In this document: positions 26,001 through 37,200 of the stretch, one piece after another
Layout of the letters: every line of letters begins with the position of its first letter
Position numbering within the stretch: position 1 is the first letter of the stretch
Source: Girardia tigrina
Taxonomy: Eukaryota
Assembly (NCBI GenBank): GCA_001938485.1
Contig: MQRK01173466.1
Span: 33,156-97,155, forward strand
Direction of reading: 5' to 3'
DNA: 64,000 bases
Translations under genes and position numbers: made by a program
Notes under the pieces: generated by a model
Told to the model about the DNA's origin: nothing
Seen by the model: only the letters and a program-made list of their open reading frames with translations
Databases searched by the model: none

Positions 26001-29000
26001 CCAAGTTGACAATTTAAAAATTCATGCTCAAGTAATTGAATAAAATCAAGCTATTTGCATAAGAGGAATTCTAGTATTATAAAGTAAACTACCTTGTGTT
26101 ACAGTGCTGATCACTGGAGGAGGAAATACTGGAAGATCTTCTTTGGGCTGTGTAGATTTCCTTCTTCTTTTCTAAATCATAAAAAATAGCCTTTATAAAA
26201 GAACAAAGACAATGTTAAATATTTAATTATTGAAACCAGCTATTACAACTGGATGACCAAAAATAATCTGAAAATTTTCTAAGATATTGTAGATTTAACG
26301 TAAAACCACAAGGCTGTGTCACTTGTTAAAAAGGACTTTTGAAAGATTCTATTGAAAATTAAAAAAAAACTTTTGTATACGAAAGTATGCTCGGATAAAA
26401 AGTTCTTAGAGCACTTCCTTTAGTACACAATGATTTTATTTTTATAATTATATGTATATATGTTAATATGAATAAAAAAATTAAGTTAAATAAATTAAAA
26501 GTAATATTATCACAGCACAAAAAGAATAAGTTAGTTTAGTAATTATAATTTAATAAAAATAGCCTTGGATATTTATACGAATAACAATTTAATGTTTGTT
26601 TTGTAAGAAAATATGCAAATAAAAGGTCTAAATGGAATCTGGAGATTTAGTTAAATATAGAAGAATAATGTTTATCTAGAAAATAGAACAGATTTTGTTC
26701 ATTTATTACCAAAAATTTGAATGTATTGAAGGGAAATCTTGCTCATAAATTCTTCATTCATAAATTTATCAACAAACAATTATTTTTTGGCTATCCACGG
26801 TAAGTAATGTATTTGTTTTAACTATCTAATTGGAATTTTTTAATATTTTGATTTATTAAATTAAAATTTTAGTTATTATACTATTTTTAATGGGAGCAAT
26901 GTTTCTGAACATAACTTAAATTGTAAATTTATAAAATAAATAATTTTTGTTAAAGCGATTAGTAGAAGAAAATAACTTAAAAATTCAGTGTAAGTTATGT
27001 TCAGCAATATTGTTCTCATTAAAAAAATTATAATAATTAAAATTTCAATTTAATAAATCAATAATTGGATCCCAAAATTAATATTCAAGCTACAGACTCA
27101 TCTTCTCTGTTGAAAATTTTCAACTATTCTGAAGACTTGGGCCACTTTTTTTCGCGACCCAAAAAAACATTTTTCGCGATTTTTTGCGATTATATTAGGT
27201 TGTTCGATATGAAACGGGTCAAACTTCACACCTTACATTTCAATCGCGTATAACTTAACTTTGAACTATCGTATGAAAATAAATAAGGTATTTCTTGACA
27301 GATATANNNNNNNNNNNNNNNNNNNNNNNNNNNNNNNNNNNNNNNNNNNNNNNNNNNNNNNNNNNNNNNNNNNNNNNNNNNNNNNNNNNNNNNNNNNNNN
27401 NNNNNNNNNNNNNNNNNNNNNNNNNNNNNNNNNNNNNNNNNNNNNNNNNNNNNNNNNNNNNNNNNNNNNNNNNNNNNNNNNNNNNNNNNNNNNNNNNNNN
27501 NNNNNNNNNNNNNNNNNNNNNNNNNNNNNNNNNNNNNNNNNNNNNNNNNNNNNNNNNNNNNNNNNNNNNNNNNNNNNNNNNNNNNNNNNNNNNNNNNNNN
27601 NNNNNNNNNNNNNNNNNNNNNNNNNNNNNNNNNNNNNNNNNNNNNNNNNNNNNNNNNNNNNNNNNNNNNNNNNNNNNNNNNNNNNNNNNNNNNNNNNNNN
27701 NNNNNNNNNNNNNNNNNNNNNNNNNNNNNNNNNNNNNNNNNNNNNNNNNNNNNNNNNNNNNNNNNNNNNNNNNNNNNNNNNNNNNNNNNNNNNNNNNNNN
27801 NNNNNNNNNNNNNNNNNNNNNNNNNNNNNNNNNNNNNNNNNNNNNNNNNNNNNNNNNNNNNNNNNNNNNNNNNNNNNNNNNNNNNNNNNNNNNNNNNNNN
27901 NNNNNNNNNNNNNNNNNNNNNNNNNNNNNNNNNNNNNNNNNNNNNNNNNNNNNNNNNNNNNNNNNNNNNNNNNNNNNNNNNNNNNNNNNNNNNNNNNNNN
28001 NNNNNNNNNNNNNNNNNNNNNNNNNNNNNNNNNNNNNNNNNNNNNNNNNNNNNNNNNNNNNNNNNNNNNNNNNNNNNNNNNNNNNNNNNNNNNNNNNNNN
28101 NNNNNNNNNNNNNNNNNNNNNNNNNNNNNNNNNNNNNNNNNNNNNNNNNNNNNNNNNNNNNNNNNNNNNNNNNNNNNNNNNNNNNNNNNNNNNNNNNNNN
28201 NNNNNNNNNNNNNNNNNNNNNNNNNNNNNNNNNNNNNNNNNNNNNNNNNNNNNNNNNNNNNNNNNNNNNNNNNNNNNNNNNNNNNNTGTTGACAACATGG
28301 GGGGATATTTTGATTAAAAATAAAATGTTATTATTTAAAAAAAATCGATTTACATTTTACTTTAATTTTGACCCGTTTCATATCGAACAACCTAATATCA
28401 CACTTTGAATATATATTTAGAGATATCAATTATTATAACTTAACACTAAAAAAAGTTTCTTGAAATTTTATTTTAAAAAAATTTTACACAGTTAAAATGA
28501 TAATCATGTAAAAAGAAATGAACAGCGTTTCATAATGTATTAATTTTTATTTAGTCACGGTGAATGTGGTCTATTGACTTATTGCAGACCCGACAGAATA
28601 GGACATTTCTATCTTCATATAACATCTCATTTCCACGATGCGCTACTGTTATATTTGTACTAGCCATTACGATAATCGCTTTAACAAAAATTATTTATTT
28701 TATAAATTCGTGTAATTTGAAGGATTATTTTATTAACTTGTGTAATTCTCGACAAGATACTGTGACCAAATAATTCCCATTAAAAAGTTAGAGTATGTTC
28801 AACTCAATTTTACAGGTCAAACCTCATTTTTTCATAACTTTGCAAATATTTGTTTAAGTAAATTATAATTATTTTATTACATCTTAATTAACTAAATATT
28901 ATTTAATATTATAATACTTTAAGAATAAAAATAATAATAACAAAAATAATAAAAATTATAATAATTATAGTCAATTAAAGACACCTACTAGGGTGCACCG

Positions 29001-32000
29001 TATCTTTTCCTGTTTATAATGCATATAATGTATTAATTTTGAAATTAAAATATATTACAAGTTGAAATTCAAATATTTATTTACCGACAAAGTATAATTA
29101 ACATTAGAACTACCAATTTGTCAAAATGACGGATGGAACATCTAGGAATTTCAATTTCTCTAATACTTATGTAAATATTGTTTTAGAATATTATGAAGAC
29201 TTTCCATAAGACAATAATGTGATTATAATTCAATGATAATGTTCCTTTTAAGCACTTTAATTTAAATAATAGCATGAGTTAAACCGGATACACATTTTAC
29301 GTCGGTAGTTCTAGTGTTAATCATGATCAATAAGTTGTCCTATTACTATAAGTTGTTATATTACATGGCGATACCAAGTATGATCCCTGGAAACAAGTAA
29401 TTTTCTACATCAAATTTCAAGGTCACCAGCTATCACAAAGTTACGACCCCACGCAACATGATCTTGTGTTCAAAACTGTCCACATTCACAACTAGTTAAG
29501 AAAAAATTGCATTTAAATATAATTTCGAAAATGGATAACTATTACTTTCTTTTGGAATATTTCATCAGACTGTAAGCTATTTTAATAAACAAATTTGGTT
29601 AGTTTTTGATTGACGAAATAAATAAATTATGTTCCAAATTACAGGATAACCAGAAATAACTTGAAAACCCTTGTTCGAATCAGAAAGTTTGCTATTTTTA
29701 GTCTTTGGCTCTAAATTCTTTTTATTAGTATTATCCAACATGTTTTACTTATGTGTTTTGTCTTGAAATGGGCTACAAATATTTATTTTTGAATTTAAAA
29801 ATGAAATTGCAACGTATATCGATTTCGACTCTTCATGGTCAAAGGAAAAGATAAGCCGATATAATTTGATTGCTTCGAGTGCCCAAACAAAAAATTTCTT
29901 ATGTCGTGAATCGATTAAAAAAACTTGACCATTACAGTAATCAACTCTGCTAAAGAAGGAAAGGAACAGCGAATACCTTTCGGAACAGGAAAATCAACAA
30001 TAATCCATGTGTGAATGAGTTAAATTTTTCATCAAACGGATATCGTTTCGAATGATTGTCAAAAAGGATCTCAATATTTACTTGTACGAGTTCAAACAAG
30101 GACAAATGCTAACCAATTGGAACAAAAAATTAAGATTCTGAGATTTCGTGATGAAATTCCAAATCGGGAGAGGATTATGTTTTCCGATGAAAAGTTCCGG
30201 TAGGTATAGCAAGACTAAAATGCTCAAAACGATATAATTTGGTCAACAAGTTCTCCAGACAGCGATGTTATTGTTAAACATCACCAAAATAAAAATCGGT
30301 GATTGTATGGATCAGAATTCGTGAAACTGACAAAACTTTCCTTGTTTTCATCGATTGAGGGATAAAAATAAAAAAAACATTAATCGAAAAGATGTTTTGA
30401 AAGATTTGGTACTTACCATCCCTCAACAGCACTTAAGCAATCAATTATCGACCTTTCTGCATTACTCTGTTCACTCTTTGCAGAAAGCTCTCTGAACAGA
30501 AACTATTTTCAATTTTCAAGATTTTATTTCGGCTCAATAATCCCTTTGATCTTAATCCATTGGACTACAGCGTGTGATCGATTTTTGAGATAAATGATTG
30601 TGTTAAGCACAAATATTTGCAGGCTCTCAAGATTTTTAGCTCAAGGAATGGGGTAAAACCACAGTGTCGGAGTTACAGTCGATTGTAGAGATCTTCACCA
30701 TACATCTTGAGCTATACATTAAGGCAAAGGTAAACTATGTTGAAAATTAACATTATTTTTCATTCTTAAGACTTTTGTTGTGGTTGTTCGATACACTAGT
30801 ATTCGGTCTTATTGAACGCCTTATTATGTATTGCAGTAAAAAGTGTATCCACGTTATTTATGGTCACTTTGAATTTATTAAACGTTTTTCATTCTCATAA
30901 TAAAATATATCACCAAATCATATTTTTACATGAAATTCCTTATTCAATAATGATTTAATACTATCAAATGAAACGGAATGTAAATCTATTGAAATTCATT
31001 CCTAAAAGTTTCAATTTAATGTCTTCTAACTATTATTAAATTAAAGCTACTATAAACAATGTGTTTCATAATTAACAGTACAACTTTAATAATCTTTAAC
31101 TACTATTGATCAATCATACAAAATGTGAATTTTTTAAAATGGTTTATTTAAGCAATTAGATAAAAATACAACCAAAAGTTATTGGTACTATTCGAAAACT
31201 GCTTCTTAGACTGTCTGGCACAATTGCAACCATTGTTCAAAAGATAAACAGCATTCTGGAACATCATTACAGGAATTTGTGTATGCTCACCTTTAATTGT
31301 GGCAATAAGATAACCTATTTTTCTAAGTCGTTTGTCGTAGACTTGATCTCTCAGATAAAAAATAGTCAACAATCTGAAATAATTGAATCGACGATGATGA
31401 AGATATGGACAAACAATCGTTTTTATTGATATTTTCTAAATAATAAGCGTTTGTTTCATGAAATATAAATAGCGTATTCCTCCTGATTCAATTATTGCAC
31501 AATTTTTTACTCTCAATTTTTTTACCATCAGCGTTTTCTTTAGAATAATAATGAAGATTATGTTTATTCTCATCACTAGACAGATAGGTGGCTTCATCAG
31601 AAAAATATTTTCTTTAATCCCTGGCTACTCTTAATATTTTTGCATAACATCACAAAATTCGTTAACTATGTACTTATTCCCATCAATGGAAGCCTGTAGT
31701 TTTCATATTTAAATGTATATTATATTCTATATAAGAATTTTCACTATTCTGTTAGCAAAGATAATAATCATATTCAATTCATTTGAAATGCGACGTTGAA
31801 AGATTTGCGGTTTTTCTTTTATTAAGCTCACAACTTCTTTTTCTTGTATCTCTTGTTCCAATGAAAGGTGCACCAGCTCCAAATAGATTATTGACTAACT
31901 TTCCAGTTTCAATTAATTTTAGTTTCCATTCTTTGATTTGCGAAGGACATGATGTGATTATTTTGTCAACATGGAGATTGTTGAATTACAATTACATAAC

Positions 32001-33521
32001 TAATAATTTAAACATTTTCTTCAATGGAATACATAGCTTGACTAAAAATCAATGTTTGATAACGCTACTACAATTTTATTCTAATTGCTCCAATAAAACA
32101 TTTTGAAAATTCCACTTTATGATTGATCAATAGTAAGTAATAAATGCTTAAAATTTTACTGATAATTATGAAATACCCTGTATTTCGAAGATTTTAAAGT
32201 CTTCGTTAGATCACTGATTTTGTGTTTTTTACCGTATATATTTATATGAAATGAATATGTATATATGTAATAATATAATATCTTACTATAATATCTTACG
32301 TAAAATTAATTGAAAACTTTTAACAAAGTGATAAAGTTTGAACATCGATTAATGGATAGTGAGATTTTATTAACAATATCTATTTACATAAAACTCTCTA
32401 CAAATAATTTAAAATAAACCATGCACAGAATTTTGAATTCATTTACACACAAGTTACATTTATAAGATTTCTATACTCAGAAATACTATTCTTATTTATA
32501 CGTGCTCTTAGAGATAAAGGATAGGCTCTCCAATATATCTGGCATTGTGCCAATTGCATGTATAAACAATGTCCGAACATAGACTAAAAGATTATTTATT
32601 ATTTTCAAAATAGAATTTTTAAGACTTTTGAGTAAAGTAAGGTTAGTTCATAGTTTTTGATATTAAAGAGTTATGTTTTTATTCAACAATTTACTCAATG
32701 TTTCATTATTTTTATTAGATTTTATTTTTCAATTAATATCTCAGTCATTTAAATGTAATAATATGTTCGGTTTATTAAAGACCTTTTTCAAAATCAATGG
32801 AATAATTTGTCCAAGTTGTTACTTGCTGTCATATATTATCAATTTATTATTGCATGTATTTTAAGACAAGTAACGCTAGTACATCTCAACTACAAAGTCT
32901 AACAGGTTAATGAGAACTGAGTCTAATCATAGACAAGTAAATCGATATTAAGCGAACCTCTTTTCTCTTTTTCTTATCCACACGAACGTTCTTCAACCAT
33001 TCTCGTAAAAAGAAGTCCGGATCCGTATAAAACTTCATACTCTCGACATCGTCCTTGCGGTATTCATCGAACTTGAACAACTGCGGCGGCTCCTCGGCCT
33101 GTTCGAGCATCTCTCGGATACAGTCGGGCATCTCAATATGAACGAATCGCTACCATCACTCAATTATCACCATTGTCAATGTCAATCAATTATTTACATC
33201 ATCCTCACGATTCAAATGGCTCTTGTACACATTGACCTGCTGGCCGACCAGAGGCTGAATCGAGCCGCAATCTGCGCTCTTTGCCCGAACATAAAGACTG
33301 TCTATTTTGCTCTCCAAAATGAGGCTGCGATCAACGATACTCGTCAACGAAACAGTCAATTCATCGAAGATATCTTTCGCTTTAATAGTCAAACAAGCGA
33401 TTTGTTTGATGAAATTTGATAGAGTCGCATTGAAAATATAATCGAATTCATTAGCAACTGATTCGGGTACTTTCACTTGACTTACACAAACCGGCTCGAC
33501 ACTTCGATTTGCGATTGGCAT
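7974..33521 (-). CDS. WASF: SCAR/WAVE (WASP-family verprolin homologous) actin nucleation-promoting factor, 340 aa; complement(join(7974..8051,12540..12794,16218..16312,26093..26171,32958..33149,33198..33521))
   Basis: N-terminal SCAR homology domain (MPIANRSVEP..NATLSNFIKQIACL..KDIFDEL..EEPPQL..KFYTDPDFFLREW), basic stretch KKKRKEKRRRK, polyproline, WH2 (DLLRDIQRGAVLKPV), C and acidic tail. All five introns are GT-AG with consistent phases (0,0,1,0,0). Confidence 0.93.
8130..9010. mobile_element. Degenerate hAT-like remnant with TACGGGCA subterminal repeats
   Basis: TAGGGTG start; repeated TACGGGCA/CAACGGGC motifs at 8144-8180 and 8945-9000; broken coding-like sequence between them. Confidence 0.35.
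9359..12381 (+). mobile_element. Ty3/gypsy (Mag-like) LTR retrotransposon, 3'-truncated, antisense in WAVE intron 5; putative 5' LTR 9359-9534
   Basis: Single gag-pol frame from ATG 9554 with three in-frame stops. Two CCHC knuckles (CYWC..H..C; CHLCKVMGHFKKVC), protease LIDSGS, RT LDLRSSYHQ / YFDD, RNase H ETDAS, integrase H..H..CEIC and IAIDFMGP..VVDEYSRY. LTR TGTGGTA...AATAAA...TACTTCA. Confidence 0.92.
10079..12052 (+). pseudogene. gypsy gag C-terminus/protease/RT/RNase H open segment
   Basis: 657-aa ORF with the motifs above, bounded by premature stops. Confidence 0.9.
12540..12794 (-). CDS. WASF: WAVE exon 5 (polyproline and WH2)
   Basis: TACAG acceptor; ATVDTSTVN..PPPPPPPPLPPPPP..IQDLLRDIQRGAVLKPV..RKTM; GTATAA donor. 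Confidence 0.9.
13353..14108 (-). mobile_element. Solo-LTR-like element copy 1 (TA...CA termini), interrupted by a piggyBac-type MITE
   Basis: Minus strand TATGAAGGGTTAA...GCAACCACTTCTCACA; 5-bp TSD ATCAG/ATCAA; collinear with copies at 47123 and 59972. Confidence 0.8.
13529..13763. mobile_element. piggyBac-type MITE
   Basis: TTAA TSD both sides; TIR CCCTTTCGCAGC / GCTGCGAAAGGG; the empty site is visible in the 47123 copy. Confidence 0.9.
14440..14800 (+). mobile_element. Highly decayed LINE (CR1/L2-like) RT C-terminal remnant
   Basis: KVLHF and RILEYSC resemble the K..VLH and RP.LEY motifs; many disablements. Confidence 0.3.
16218..16312 (-). CDS. WASF: WAVE exon 4
   Basis: CACAG acceptor, (E)PVNDESPMDYNFADVAVYEDPRSFLRRDIED, GTAAGT donor; phase 1 in matches exon 3. 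Confidence 0.82.
17170..17650 (+). mobile_element. Penelope-like retroelement RT remnant
   Basis: SFD; WYEQ..AMCSQLAPTL (cf. YxQxxGxAMGSPLAP); NALHSNMTFNI*VERNDYLSFLDIVV (cf. NxxHxxIxFTxExExxxxLxFLD). Confidence 0.7.
18261..19560 (+). mobile_element. Tc1/mariner superfamily element (DD37D/maT-like), defective
   Basis: TA TSD; CAGGGT...ACCCTG ends with ~70-bp imperfect TIR; transposase relic FIDETTF, WQQDGVKPH, SPDLNFMD*SIW. Confidence 0.82.
20502..20717. mobile_element. piggyBac-type MITE
   Basis: TTAA TSDs; TIR CCCTGCAGTACTGACA / TGTTAGCACTGGAGGG. Confidence 0.8.
21945..22397. mobile_element. Possible degenerate piggyBac-type MITE
   Basis: TTAA|CCC ... GGG|TTAA ends, but the TIR match is weak beyond 3-6 bp. 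Confidence 0.35.
23025..23545 (+). mobile_element. Truncated mariner (5' half)
   Basis: Left TIR TTATGTCGTCAAGTATGAAAT; ATG 23198 MGKAEIRTIMKYEFLRG...; KVKKLDTWIPHEL (WVPHEL motif). Confidence 0.8.
23788..25049 (+). mobile_element. Full-length mariner (DD34D) element with disrupted transposase 23975-24975
   Basis: TA TSD; TIR TTAGGGTAAACCAAAAGTCTTTT / AAAAGACTTTTGATTCACCCTAA; motifs VPHEL, TCDEKW, QQDNA, YSPDLAPSHYHLF; stops and frameshifts. Confidence 0.95.
26093..26171 (-). CDS. WASF: WAVE exon 3
   Basis: TTTAG acceptor, KRRRKSTQPKEDLPVFPPPVISTVTQ, GTAGTT donor; phase 0 in, phase 1 out. Confidence 0.8.
26845..27065. repeat. ~220-bp imperfect palindrome (MITE-like hairpin)
   Basis: ATTTATTAAATTAAAATTTT..AATGGGAGCAATGTTTCTGAACATAACTTA is mirrored by TAAGTTATGTTCAGCAATATTGTTCTCATT..AAATTTCAATTTAATAAAT. 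Confidence 0.65.
27195..28395 (+). mobile_element. Young mariner element, interior in assembly gap
   Basis: Perfect 29-bp TIR TTAGGTTGTTCGATATGAAACGGGTCAAA, TA TSDs, transposase tail VDNMGGYFD*. Confidence 0.92.
29102..29316. mobile_element. TTAA-inserting (piggyBac-type) MITE
   Basis: TTAA|CATTAGAACTACC ... GGTAGTTCTAGTG|TTAA. Confidence 0.8.
29642..30871 (+). mobile_element. Decayed DD37D/maT-like Tc1/mariner element
   Basis: Ends CAGGATAACCAGAAATAAC / GTTATTTATGGTCACTTTG; relic IMFSDEK and DLNPLDYSV*SI. Confidence 0.75.
31057..32180 (-). mobile_element. Decayed Tc1/mariner (rosa/DD41D-like) element
   Basis: Imperfect TIRs CAATGTGTTTCATAATTAACAGTA (31057) and CAGGGTATTTCATAATTATCAGTA (minus, 32180); relic FSDEATY..ENKHNLHYYSKEN and YLRDQVY. 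Confidence 0.6.
32958..33149 (-). CDS. WASF: WAVE exon 2 (SHD C-terminal part and basic region)
   Basis: RFVHIEMPDCIREMLEQAEEPPQLFKFDEYRKDDVESMKFYTDPDFFLREW...KKKRKE; donor GTTCGC. Confidence 0.92.
33198..33521 (-). CDS. WASF: WAVE exon 1 (SHD N-terminal part)
   Basis: MPIANRSVEP...HLNREDD; donor GTAAAT, 48-nt intron 33150-33197. Confidence 0.93.
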
Positions 33522-34280
33522 TTAAATAATCGATTTGAATTTTTTATACGATTTGAATAATCGATTTCCTAATTGATAAAACTGATTCTTTAAAACAAAA
33601 TTATTGATATAGTATTAAAAATAAAAATTGAAAACAATAGATTCAATTTTTTAAGTATTTATTGTTTACAAAATCTAATTTGCAATTTTTTAAATTAAAA
33701 TTTTTTTTCTGCTTGTTTTTATTATATTTCGAGTCGAAAAGCAAAATAAAATTTTAAACAAAAAGAAATAACAAAATATAATTCAAGTATAGATTTTATA
33801 TTGGCAATTTTGTAATTGGACAATAAAAATCATTAAATTATTTTTATAATCAGTTTTTTTCTTCTAAAGATGGAATTTGTTGATTAAATCAGGAAAACTA
33901 TCGACATGTAGAATTTAATAAATTGCAGCATTATACAAGAAACATATTACCAACAATTTACCGTCAAAATGTGCATTATTTTCCAACAAAATGTAAATAT
34001 ACCGTGCAACTGTTGCATATTTTCTTCTAAGTATATAAAATATCTTATTTTCAGGTAAAGGTCACAGATAATTTTTAGTATATTATTGAATTAAAATATC
34101 TAGTATTTTTGTTGATGCCGCTATCTTCAATTGGAAAGTGAATAGAGTCAGAAATCTATGACAGATAAATATGTGGTGTAGGATAGACATTAAAATATTT
34201 ATACCGTCTACATTGATTAGTCCAGCGAAAGGAAATTTAATTCTTTTATTTTTAAAATTTGGATTAAAGTAGAAAGTTAA
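33522..34280. promoter_or_regulatory. Intergenic region between divergent WAVE and troponin C start codons (putative bidirectional promoter and 5' UTRs)
   Basis: Head-to-head ATGs at 33521 (-) and 34281 (+); no recognisable TE in this 759 bp. Confidence 0.6.
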
Positions 34281-37200
34281 ATGGTAATGGTTTTATTTTT
34301 TTGATTTTTTTTATTTTATAAATAAGAATTATTTAATTGCTAAATTAATTAATTTGTTAATTCAATTTGTTTCCACATTTTATGACAATGTCAAATCAGT
34401 TTGATATTTAAATTTAGGCTGAGGGAAACAGTGAATTTTCTTTAACCGAAGAACAAATGAAATGTAAATATTTTTAAAATTAAGCATTTATAATAATAAT
34501 AATAAGATGCCAAAAAGGCATTCGATCAATACGACAAAAAGAAGCAAGGTTATATATCAACAAATGATTTAGATAATGCTTTCAGAGCATGTCATATTTC
34601 CATTAATCCAGAATTATTAAAAGAATGGGCAGATATAATAGATGAAGAAGGTATGGATCTTTAATAAAATAATTCTGAAATATATAATTTAAACTATTTT
34701 AGCTACTGGAACAATAAATTATGATTCATTTATGGTGATATATAGAAAGAAGTTGCAGGAAGACGCTGATATAAAAGAATTAAAGGAAGCATTTAGGACT
34801 TTAGACAAACAAAAGAAAGGAGAAATCGATGTTGAACATATGAGGTAGTTCAAACAATAAAATAAAATATTTTTATTTTCTATATTTTATAATATTAATA
34901 TTACAACTGCGATAATATTTTAAATAATTTCTATCTGAAATTTTATCAATTTAATATTTATTATTGAAAGGATAATACTGATTTATGTTTATAATAATTA
35001 TATTTATCAAAATATTTTTTACAAAAATTCAAAATAAAATAAAAGTGATCACTTGAAAAATTTATATTTTAAATTATTATTAATTTTTTAAAATATCTTT
35101 TAATGATTTTTTATTAAAAAAGTTAATTTTCAATTTAAGGCAGGAAATCAAGTTTTAAATAAATAATAAATATTAAGTTTTGGGCATTTTTATCAGATAT
35201 ATATTTGTATATACACCATTGGTAAATAAAATTTAATAAAATAAAGTAAATAATTTAAATATTTTTGAAGTCAATTTTGACAATTCGCTGTCAGTTTCCA
35301 ATCCAAATCAGCAATGATTTTCCTAAATCTAAACTTTGTATTATTTATAATTTGCTCTAATTTTTAATGTCGTCCTTATCTGATTATATCATTGATATAA
35401 AAATTATTATATTATATTATTTAATTTTGATTTCATTCAAAACTTATGTATTCAAAAATACAATAAATGATTTTGTATTCTGTTTTTTTACACAAAAATC
35501 TTGGTTTTGTTTTTTTGTTTTATATTTTAATTCACACTTATTTAATATATATGAAATGATCAAATAAAATTAAAATATAATAAGACTAAAATATTATAGA
35601 ACTTAAAAATTATTTTATTAATTCCTAAAAGATAAATGAAATTTCTATCGATCATTTATTACAGAAAATTAACGATGAAGGTTTTTAATTATAATTTTTC
35701 ATAAAAAATACAAAATAATAATAATAAAAATGCACAAAAGTTATTACAATAATTAATTGAAAGGAACAAAAATCTTATCATTTATAATTTATCGATATTA
35801 ATATATAAAATTTCAAATCATATCACTGATTATTTGAAAAAAATAAAAAATATATATAAAAAATCTATTTACATGAAAATTAAATCACATTTTTTTAAAA
35901 TTGAACAAAAAATAATAAATCAAAAATATTTTGTCAGAATTTTAATTACATTAAATTTTAGAACAAAAATAAAAAAAGTCAGTAATTTTTTTTAATTTGA
36001 TAATTATTGCAATTCTTAAACAAATTGAACCTCAAACAATTTAAACTTTCTCCCAAAAAAAATTATATATTTTTTCGGGATCTATTTTTAAAATTTTTAT
36101 TTTGCACTTTCAACAGTTGCTGTAAACTTAATTTGCTATCAATCATTATATTAATTATTTATTTGTATTTTCTTTAACAGATAAGTTTCTTTTGTGTCCA
36201 CAAATGGGTTTTTTTATCACTATAAATATTTTTTTAATTTTAAAACTTAATTTCAGTTTGAAATTTTCTTTGGTATTTTTTAAATTGAATATCTCAAATT
36301 TTCTTCTGCTTTTTTAATATCATGTAGGGAGACAATATTCAAGGAGTTCTCTGTGCATGTTTCTTGAGGAAAATGTCATCGAATGATTTATATTGGTAAT
36401 ATATATGCACTTTTAGTGTTATAATAGATACAGCAAGATATACTATCAGTATTCTGATATTCTCTCCTGGCCAAGATAAGTGATTCCGCCCAGTAACAAT
36501 TTTTTCTTTCAAATCGAAATTAATTTAAAACCGTCGTCCGACTAATTTTCTTTTTCTCTCTCATTTTCTTTTTTTTGCAAGGCAAAATTTATTAATTTCC
36601 TTGTCAGTTACTAAATTCGTGATTTACAAGAAATTATTATCAAGATTAAATATTAAAATAAGACAACATTTTTTACTAATCGTAATGGTATGATTTTGAT
36701 TTTGGTAGCTTTTGGAAAATTTTAATAAAAAACTAATGTTTTTTTCAAAATGAAATTATGTCTGAAAGTTAATTAGGTTAAATGGTTGTAATAAGGATTC
36801 ACTAGTTAGATCATTCAGTATTACTAATTTGTCTGATTTATGAGGTTAAAATATCACCTTTTTAGAACAAGAAGCAGATATATTATAAATAAATTTTTAA
36901 AAAATTGTTCAGAATAAAGATTACTTATTAAATAATTGACGGTTGTGATACCTACTATTCGAAAATAAAGAGGATGTTGCAATACAGAAGAGGTTTTTCC
37001 TATGAAGAGAGAATTCTTAACAGTAGGAGGATTGATAAACTTTTAGAAGAATGAAATCAACATCTATAAAATCTGTGAAAATAATAATAAATAAATAAAT
37101 TTATATAAATTAAATGGAAGTAAAATAGTTTATGAATAAAAAAACACTTTTCATTATGTGTAAATTTCATTGCATACTTCAACTAATATTATGAGGGTAA

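Noticed and set aside
27255-28317. Long poly-X ORFs (also 55635-56460, 63012-63404)
   Set aside because: Artefacts of N gaps.
33600-34260. MEF2/CArG-like AT motifs upstream of TnC
   Set aside because: Expected by chance in such AT-rich DNA.
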